Assembly: GCA_050250895.1 (NCBI GenBank)
Contig: JBFWNU010000013.1
Span: 1-64,000 of the forward strand
DNA from: Vulcanimicrobiota bacterium
GTDB lineage: Bacteria; Vulcanimicrobiota; Xenobia; Xenobiales; JADMJV01
Direction: 5' to 3'
Length of the DNA stretch: 64,000 bases
Part shown: piece after piece, positions 58,286-64,000 of the stretch
Position numbering within the stretch: position 1 is the first letter of the stretch
Layout: every line of letters starts with the position of its first letter
The notes under the pieces: generated by a model
The model's database searches: none
What the model saw: the letters and a program-made list of their open reading frames with translations, nothing else
Told to the model about the DNA's origin: nothing
Position numbers and translations under genes: made by a program

Positions 58286-59068
58286 CTAGCTCCGGGCTCG
58301 GGGGCGACGCATGGCTAGCGAGAAAAGGTGGGGCAATCGCACCGGAGCCGGGTAGCGCCAGCGACCCGGCTCCTCTTCTTGCATCCCCGTGAAGCAACCA
58401 TAGGGCGAGTAATCGAACTCGCGAAACCGTTCCAGGGTCAGATGCCTCAGCAACGGGTCCAGGATGTCCTCCAGCGAATGGCTCCAGAAATGCTCCTCAC
58501 GCTCGGCCAGGTCGCCCGCGTAGCTGCCCGTCACTGTCTCGTGATAACCGCGATGAAAGTATTCATAGGCGAGCTGGCCGGTTTCGAAGTCGAGCATCAT
58601 CAGGGCCGGATGAAACTCGACCACATAGAACAGACCCCCCGGGGCCAGGTGCCGGACCACCACCTCGGCCCATCGGTCGAGGTCGGGCAGCCATCCGAGC
58701 ACACCGTAAGAAGTGAAGACGATGTCGAAGGTTTGGCCCAGCTCGAGGGCCAGCACGTCCGATTCGACAAACTCCGCAGCCAGGTCGAGGTCTCTGGCCA
58801 TCTGCCGGGCGGCCGCGAGGGCAACCGAAGAAAAGTCCACGCCGGTGACCCGCGCTCCGCGGCGGGCCCAACCCAGAGTATCCTGGCCAAAGTGGCACTG
58901 CAGGTGCAGTAGACTCTTGCCCCGCACCGGACCCACCGCCTCGACTTCGATCGAGTTGAGCGAGCAGCGCCCGGCCCGGAAGGCCTGATTGTCATAGAAC
59001 TTCGAGTGGAGGTGGACCGGCACCCGCAAATCCCAGGCGCGACGGTTGGTCAGCAGTCTTTCGTCCAT
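58286..59068 (-). CDS. Class I SAM-dependent methyltransferase
   Basis: LHLQCHFGQDT, GVDFS, FDIVFTSYG, WLPDL..W, EFHP. Confidence 0.9.
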   Translation of the reverse strand: MDERLLTNRRAWDLRVPVHLHSKFYDNQAFRAGRCSLNSIEVEAVGPVRGKSLLHLQCHFGQDTLGWARRGARVTGVDFSSVALAAARQMARDLDLAAEFVESDVLALELGQTFDIVFTSYGVLGWLPDLDRWAEVVVRHLAPGGLFYVVEFHPALMMLDFETGQLAYEYFHRGYHETVTGSYAGDLAEREEHFWSHSLEDILDPLLRHLTLERFREFDYSPYGCFTGMQEEEPGRWRYPAPVRLPHLFSLAMRRPRARS

Positions 59069-59206
59069 AGTCGGGCCTTCGACGCGCCGGGGCCTGGAGC
59101 CTCACGAAGAGGAGAGAACGCGGCTGCGGCACGAAGCCCATCCCATGCGCGATGTGGCCGACCAACAAGAGGCGGGCTGAGCACAATTTCTCTCTCGAGA
59201 CGTGCC

Positions 59207-60847
59207 ATGCTCACGGCCTTCACCCCGCTCTTGCTGATGGGGCTTGGTCTGGTCGTGTTGGCCTGGTGGACGGGGCTACGCCCGGCCGAAGAGGCTATCT
59301 TAAAAGACGCCGAACAGCATCAGCAGCGCCTGGTCGACGCGGCCTCTGAATTCGTGGAAGGACGACGCCACCTGCTCGAAATCCTGGCGCGCCGCCCGGA
59401 ACTGGCCAGGGGCACCCCCGAAAGCGCCCTGCCCATTCTGCGCCAGGAAGAGCTTGCCCTTAAGGGATTGTTCGAAGGCCTCTACTTCGACAGCCTGGAT
59501 GGCACCGTGTATTCCGCCCAGGGCAAGCCCTTCTCGGTGGCCGACCGTCCCTATTTCGCACGTGTGCTCAAAGGCCTGGCAGTCAACGAAGTGCTGGTGA
59601 GCCGGGCGACGAGACGCCCGGTTCTGCTCGAAGTGGTGCCCGTCACCTCGAACGGCAAACTGGTAGCGGCCCTGGCCGGGACCGTGGTGCTGGACGACTT
59701 TCTCGAGAAACTCTCGGCCGAATCGGGCCTGGGTGAACTCAAGCTGGGGCTGGTGACTCCCGAGCAGGTTCTTGCCGGGCCGGCCATCTTCCAGCAGTTG
59801 AAGGGAAACGGCCGCCAGGAACTCGCCACCGAAGACGGTGTCATGCTCGCCTGGTCGTCACCGGTTCCCGAGGTGGCCTGGCGAGTCGTGGTCGCGGTTC
59901 CGCAACAGGCGCTGCTGGGCCGAGTTCGCAACCTCTGGCTGGGGTTTGTCGTCTGCGCCGCGCTGGCCTTTTTGTTGGCTGGCACCATGGCCTGGAGAAT
60001 GCAGCAGGTCATGGTGGGGCCGATCGAAGAGATCACGGCTTCACTGGGAACCTACCAAGGCAAAGGCGAACTTGCCCTGCCTGAGGTGGGCCCACCCGAA
60101 CTAGCCAATCTGGCGGGCACCCTCAACCAGATGTCGTCGCGGGTCGAGTCCGAGACCGCTCGCCGAGTCGAAGTCGAACATCAACTGGCCGCTCTGGCCC
60201 AACAAGAAAGTCTCGGCCGACTGGCCGGCTCGATCGCCCACGATTTCGGCAACCTGCTTTCGGGCATCCTCAATCTGGCCGGGTTAGCCCTCGAAGAGGC
60301 CCATGGCTCGGCGAGCAAAGATCTGGAAACCATCGTGACCGCTTGCGAACAGGGCGAGGCCCTGGTCAGGCAACTCAGGGAGTACGCGCGACCTCAGCCA
60401 GCTAGCGAAGAGGCTTTCGAGTTCGACCGCCTGCTGGCCGGCTGGCAACCAAACCTGGCTGCCCTGCTGCCCGACTCGGTCGAGTTCACCCTCGAGACCG
60501 GGGCCGGCCCGGCCAGGGTCAAGACCGAGCCCAACCGACTCTTTCAAGCCGTGCTCAATCTGTGCAGCAACGCCCGTGATGCCATGCCCGAAGGTGGCAA
60601 GCTCAACCTGAGGTCGAGCGCGGATCGTGAGACGGTCAGACTGAGCGTGTCGGACACAGGTCCGGGGGTCGCGGTCGAAAATCGGGAGAGAATCTTCGAG
60701 CCCTTCTTCACCACCCGGGCCAAGAAGGGCGGCACGGGCCTGGGCCTGGCCACCTGTAAGCGTATCATCACGGCCCACGGAGGAGTCATTCACGTCGAAG
60801 AAGGGCCAGGAACGACCTTTACGGTCTGTCTGCCGCGGGCGGAGTGA
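59207..60847 (+). CDS. Cache/HAMP sensor histidine kinase
   Basis: DRPYF..SRAT Cache motif, H-box AHDFGN, NARDAM, DTGPG, FEPFFTT, GTGLGL. Confidence 0.92.
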   Translation: MLTAFTPLLLMGLGLVVLAWWTGLRPAEEAILKDAEQHQQRLVDAASEFVEGRRHLLEILARRPELARGTPESALPILRQEELALKGLFEGLYFDSLDGTVYSAQGKPFSVADRPYFARVLKGLAVNEVLVSRATRRPVLLEVVPVTSNGKLVAALAGTVVLDDFLEKLSAESGLGELKLGLVTPEQVLAGPAIFQQLKGNGRQELATEDGVMLAWSSPVPEVAWRVVVAVPQQALLGRVRNLWLGFVVCAALAFLLAGTMAWRMQQVMVGPIEEITASLGTYQGKGELALPEVGPPELANLAGTLNQMSSRVESETARRVEVEHQLAALAQQESLGRLAGSIAHDFGNLLSGILNLAGLALEEAHGSASKDLETIVTACEQGEALVRQLREYARPQPASEEAFEFDRLLAGWQPNLAALLPDSVEFTLETGAGPARVKTEPNRLFQAVLNLCSNARDAMPEGGKLNLRSSADRETVRLSVSDTGPGVAVENRERIFEPFFTTRAKKGGTGLGLATCKRIITAHGGVIHVEEGPGTTFTVCLPRAE

Positions 60848-61593
60848 GCATGGATACGGTCCTGATGCTACATAGCGGTGGCCTGACTGGACGCCAATGG
60901 CGCCGGGTCGCGTCGTTTCTCGAGGGCTATCGACTGTTGACTCCCGACTTTTTGGGCTGCGGGCAAAACCCGCCCTGGCCCGCTGAGCAAGAGTTTCATT
61001 TCGAGCTGGATCTGGCCGCCCTCGAGCCTTTGCTTGACCGGCCGCTTCACCTGGTGGGCCATTCTTACGGCGGCTTTCTGGCTCTACAGCTAGCTCGCCG
61101 CCATCCCGAACTGGGGCTGAGTCTGAGCCTGTATGATCCGGTGGCATTCGGGGTCTTGCACAGCACGGCCGACCCCGAAGGTCTGGCCGATCTCGAGCGG
61201 GTGGCCAGCCAACCTCTTTTCGGCGACCTCGAGCGGGGTGGCGGCCCCGAGTGGCTGGAGCTGTTCGTCGACTACTGGAATGGTCCGGGCGGCTGGCAAG
61301 CCATGGCCGAGCCAGCCCGCCAGGCCTTTCTCGAGGTGGGCCGCAAGGTATTCTTCGAGGTGCGTTCCCTGTCGGCCGATCGCACCGGACTGGCCGATTA
61401 TGCCAACCTGACCATGCCGGTGTTGCTCATGACGGGCGAGCAGACCCCTGCTTCGGCGCGGCGGGTGTGCGCCTTGCTGGCCGATTCTCTGCCCCGCGCT
61501 CGCCATCTGGTCATCGAGGGCGCCGGCCACATGGGCCCCATCACCCACGCCGAGGCGGTGGGCCGGGCCATCGCCAGTCAGCTGAGCGGATAG
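60844..61593 (+). CDS. Alpha/beta hydrolase
   Basis: GHSYGG nucleophile elbow, GAGHMGP. Confidence 0.9.
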   Translation: MSMDTVLMLHSGGLTGRQWRRVASFLEGYRLLTPDFLGCGQNPPWPAEQEFHFELDLAALEPLLDRPLHLVGHSYGGFLALQLARRHPELGLSLSLYDPVAFGVLHSTADPEGLADLERVASQPLFGDLERGGGPEWLELFVDYWNGPGGWQAMAEPARQAFLEVGRKVFFEVRSLSADRTGLADYANLTMPVLLMTGEQTPASARRVCALLADSLPRARHLVIEGAGHMGPITHAEAVGRAIASQLSG

Positions 61594-62903
61594 GCTTCGA
61601 GCCACTGCTCGATCAGCTGGTCGCGACCGCGCTCCAGGGCCTTATCGATCTTGGCCAGACCGTTAGCCATCATCAGCATCGAGAATCCCCCCGCCGCTGC
61701 AGCCAAAAAGCCCAGCGGACTAAATGCTCCCACCGCCAGACCGGTCAAGGCCATTCCACCAGCCGCCTTCATCTTGGTGCGATGCCAGTCCCAGTCGATC
61801 AGGCTCAGGTCATAATCGGCCGCTCTCAATACCTGCGAGACCTGCAGGCACACAGCCTGGCGCAGGGGGTCCAGCTCGTCCTCGTTGAGGCCAAAGCCGG
61901 TCAGATCGGTGCGGATATGATCAGCGTTGGCCAGGACATTGAGCGAGACGGTAGACTTCGTTAAAGCGAATTCCTCTTGCTGGACCACGACCCCCCGACG
62001 AATCCACGACAGGCAAGAAGCCGTCGGGAAAGATTCCCAGTTGCTGTTCCTCCCGGACGACACCAAATCGGCGTGGGCGCTGACCAGGACCGCCGCCGTG
62101 GGCTTCATCCCATTCGGGACGGTGGTCCGAAACGATCCCGAGAGCTTCTGCAGCTCTTGCTGGGCCGGCTGGGCCACCCTCAATCCGGTCTCGGTCGCCG
62201 GAGGGATGGCCAGTGGCATCTGGCCAGGCACTTGCAACCAGTGCAGAGACAGCGGGTGATTGCGGGCCGTAAATCCGTGCGTCGCCGAGAACTGGAAGCC
62301 GTCGACGCGCCGCGAGTCCACTCGCAACTCCAGCGGCATGGTGAACAACGAAGCCCCGATCACCTTTAGCAGCGAGGCGTTGTAGAGAGCCGCCTGAACA
62401 TCGCGCAGCAGGGGCAGCCCCTTGCCCTCGCTGACGGTTCGGTGCGAGACATCGATGGTCAGTCTGGGGCCGGTGGCCCCCTCCACCCGGGCCAATCCGA
62501 ATCCATCCCAGTAGAGCGCCGCCGACTGCCCCGGTAGACTCAAGCGAAAAGGGCGATGGTGGCCGATGCCCACCGACCAGAGCCCCGCTCGGAGCAGGTC
62601 CAGGCCTTCGTCGGCGCACGGTGACGGGTCGAAGAAGCTGCTCTCGAACTCGTCGTTGGTCCAGCACCGGCGGGGATCGAGGCTGATCTCGGTCTCGCTG
62701 CGCCCTTGCTTGAGGTCGAGATAGTGGCTGTCCAACACCGTGGCCGCTTGGGCCAACTTCAGGATCCAGGCCTCGGGATAGGGCAACCCGAACCGGGCAA
62801 TCTTCTCGAGGGCCTTCTCGCGATGCATCGTAAAGCGGCCCGGAAAGACAGCTTCTCCCCCTTGATACTGCTGCTGCAGCAATCGCTCGAGCGGTGACGA
62901 CAT
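61578..62903 (-). CDS. GHKL-like N-terminal domain paralogue with C-terminal TM hairpin
   Basis: G.FT..REKALEKIARF.LP.P..WILKLAQAA; TDLTG; double TM at C-terminus. Confidence 0.75.
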   Translation of the reverse strand: MSSPLERLLQQQYQGGEAVFPGRFTMHREKALEKIARFGLPYPEAWILKLAQAATVLDSHYLDLKQGRSETEISLDPRRCWTNDEFESSFFDPSPCADEGLDLLRAGLWSVGIGHHRPFRLSLPGQSAALYWDGFGLARVEGATGPRLTIDVSHRTVSEGKGLPLLRDVQAALYNASLLKVIGASLFTMPLELRVDSRRVDGFQFSATHGFTARNHPLSLHWLQVPGQMPLAIPPATETGLRVAQPAQQELQKLSGSFRTTVPNGMKPTAAVLVSAHADLVSSGRNSNWESFPTASCLSWIRRGVVVQQEEFALTKSTVSLNVLANADHIRTDLTGFGLNEDELDPLRQAVCLQVSQVLRAADYDLSLIDWDWHRTKMKAAGGMALTGLAVGAFSPLGFLAAAAGGFSMLMMANGLAKIDKALERGRDQLIEQWLEAYPLS

Positions 62904-63025
62904 GGTGCCGTTTTTCGCGGCCGAGGGTTTTCAGTCCCGCGACTATGCTCGGCCTCATTCTCGAACACCCTTTCGAGTCGCCCAAAATCGGCCGGAATTC
63001 CCCATAAAATCGGGCGTTCCGCTTA

Positions 63026-63055
63026 TTGCCAAGAGGCCCCGAAGTTGTCTATAAT
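63026..63055 (+). promoter_or_regulatory. Sigma70-type promoter
   Basis: TTGCCA-18 nt-TATAAT. Confidence 0.7.
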
Positions 63056-63211
63056 GATCGAGCCGGGATCTCCCGGCCGAGCCAACCGACCGCCTACTCT
63101 AGTTCCTTTTTGACCACTCAAACCGACTCCTGGCTACTGCATTGCCTGCAACCAGCCACGACCACAACTTAGAGAACCTACTACACTGAAAAAAATTCAA
63201 GGAGAAATGGA

Positions 63212-63868
63212 TTGTCTGAAGAGCTGAACGAAGTCAACGCCAGCGACGAAGCCGAAGTGGCCGAAGCCACTGAAGAGACCGAGGTAGCCGAAGAAGTCGA
63301 GGTAGCTGAAGAAGCCGAGGCGAGTGAAGAGGCCGAGGCCGCCGAAGAGGCGGAGGCCGCAGAAGAGGTAGCCGAAGAAGCCGAGGCCACCGAAGAAGCC
63401 GAGGCCACCGAAGAAGCCGAGGCCACCGAAGAAGCCGAGGCCGCCGAAGAAGCCGAGGCCGCCGAAGAGGCGGAGGCCGCAGAAGAGGTAGCCGAAGAAG
63501 CCGAGGCCACCGAAGAAGCCGAGGCCGCCGAAGAGGCGGAGGCCGCAGAAGAGGTAGCCGAAGAAGCCGAGGCCACCGAAGAGGCGGAGGCCGCTGAAGA
63601 GGTAGCCGAAGAAGCCGAGGCCGCCGAAGAGGCGGAGGCCGCTGAAGAGGTAGCCGAAGAAGCCGAGGCCACCGAAGAGGCGGAGGCCGCTGAAGAGGTA
63701 GCCGAAGAAGCCGAGGCCACCGAAGAGGCGGAGGCCGCTGAAGAGGTAGCCGAAGAAGCCGAGGCCACCGAAGAGGCGGAGGCCGCTGAAGAGGTAGCCG
63801 AACTCGAGAAGAAACCGGCCCACGAGGTTGCCGAGGACGACGAAGGCGAAGCCGAAGAGGCTGCCTAA
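63212..63868 (+). CDS. Extremely acidic Glu/Ala tandem-repeat protein
   Basis: SD AAGGAG 7 nt before TTG; EEVAEEAEATEEAEAA-type repeats with synonymous variation; hairpin after stop. Confidence 0.8.
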   Translation: MSEELNEVNASDEAEVAEATEETEVAEEVEVAEEAEASEEAEAAEEAEAAEEVAEEAEATEEAEATEEAEATEEAEAAEEAEAAEEAEAAEEVAEEAEATEEAEAAEEAEAAEEVAEEAEATEEAEAAEEVAEEAEAAEEAEAAEEVAEEAEATEEAEAAEEVAEEAEATEEAEAAEEVAEEAEATEEAEAAEEVAELEKKPAHEVAEDDEGEAEEAA

Positions 63869-63871
63869 TCG

Positions 63872-63900
63872 AGGCGAGGGCGGCCGAGCCGCCCTCGTCT
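63872..63900 (+). terminator. GC-rich hairpin after acidic-protein gene (no U-tract)
   Basis: AGGCGAGGGCGGC-CGA-GCCGCCCTCGTCT. Confidence 0.5.
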
Positions 63901-63927
63901 GGCCAGGGGCCCGGGCCCAAGTTGCGA

Positions 63928-63964
63928 ATTCCCACGAGTATGACGCTTTCATACTCGTGGGAAT
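63928..63964. repeat. Perfect 16-bp inverted repeat
   Basis: ATTCCCACGAGTATGA-cgctt-TCATACTCGTGGGAAT. Confidence 0.85.
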
Positions 63965-64000
63965 CGGTCGAGTATTCTGACCGTCATCCCCTTTGGGGCG

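Noticed and set aside
63181-63952. Antisense ORFs (GGLGFF, SSAASA and RLLR repeats)
   Set aside because: Shadows of the Glu/Ala gene; promoter, SD and hairpin all support the plus strand

Overview
High-GC bacterial chromosomal window, densely coding, with no recognisable transposase, integrase, phage gene, rRNA or CRISPR array. The gene content suggests Ca. Eremiobacterota/Vulcanimicrobiota, but this is inference only. Housekeeping genes: gloA, archaeal/eukaryotic-type proS, thrS and ltaE. There are three separate minor type IV pilin (PilV/PilW/PilX-like) triads and four paralogues sharing a degenerate GHKL-like N-terminal domain. Most notable elements: (1) a three-gene tRNA operon (Leu-CAG with an abnormally short variable arm, Tyr-GTA, Ser-TGA; 52651-52907). 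It is preceded by a sigma70-type promoter with a perfect 10-bp inverted-repeat operator, a 25-codon leader ORF and a mutually exclusive antiterminator/terminator pair, which looks like translation-sensing attenuation of tRNA genes. (2) A lysine-free, five-core microviridin/marinostatin-type graspetide precursor with a single MvdD/MdnC-type ATP-grasp ligase (33066-35384). (3) Three tandem arrays (123-124, 135 and ~315 bp units) built from shared palindromic modules, two of which bracket a nucleotidyltransferase/small-partner pair. (4) Two enzymes that appear to have substituted catalytic residues, an extremely acidic repeat protein, and widespread leaderless-gene promoter geometry. All protein calls come from motif recognition by eye; no database searches were run.
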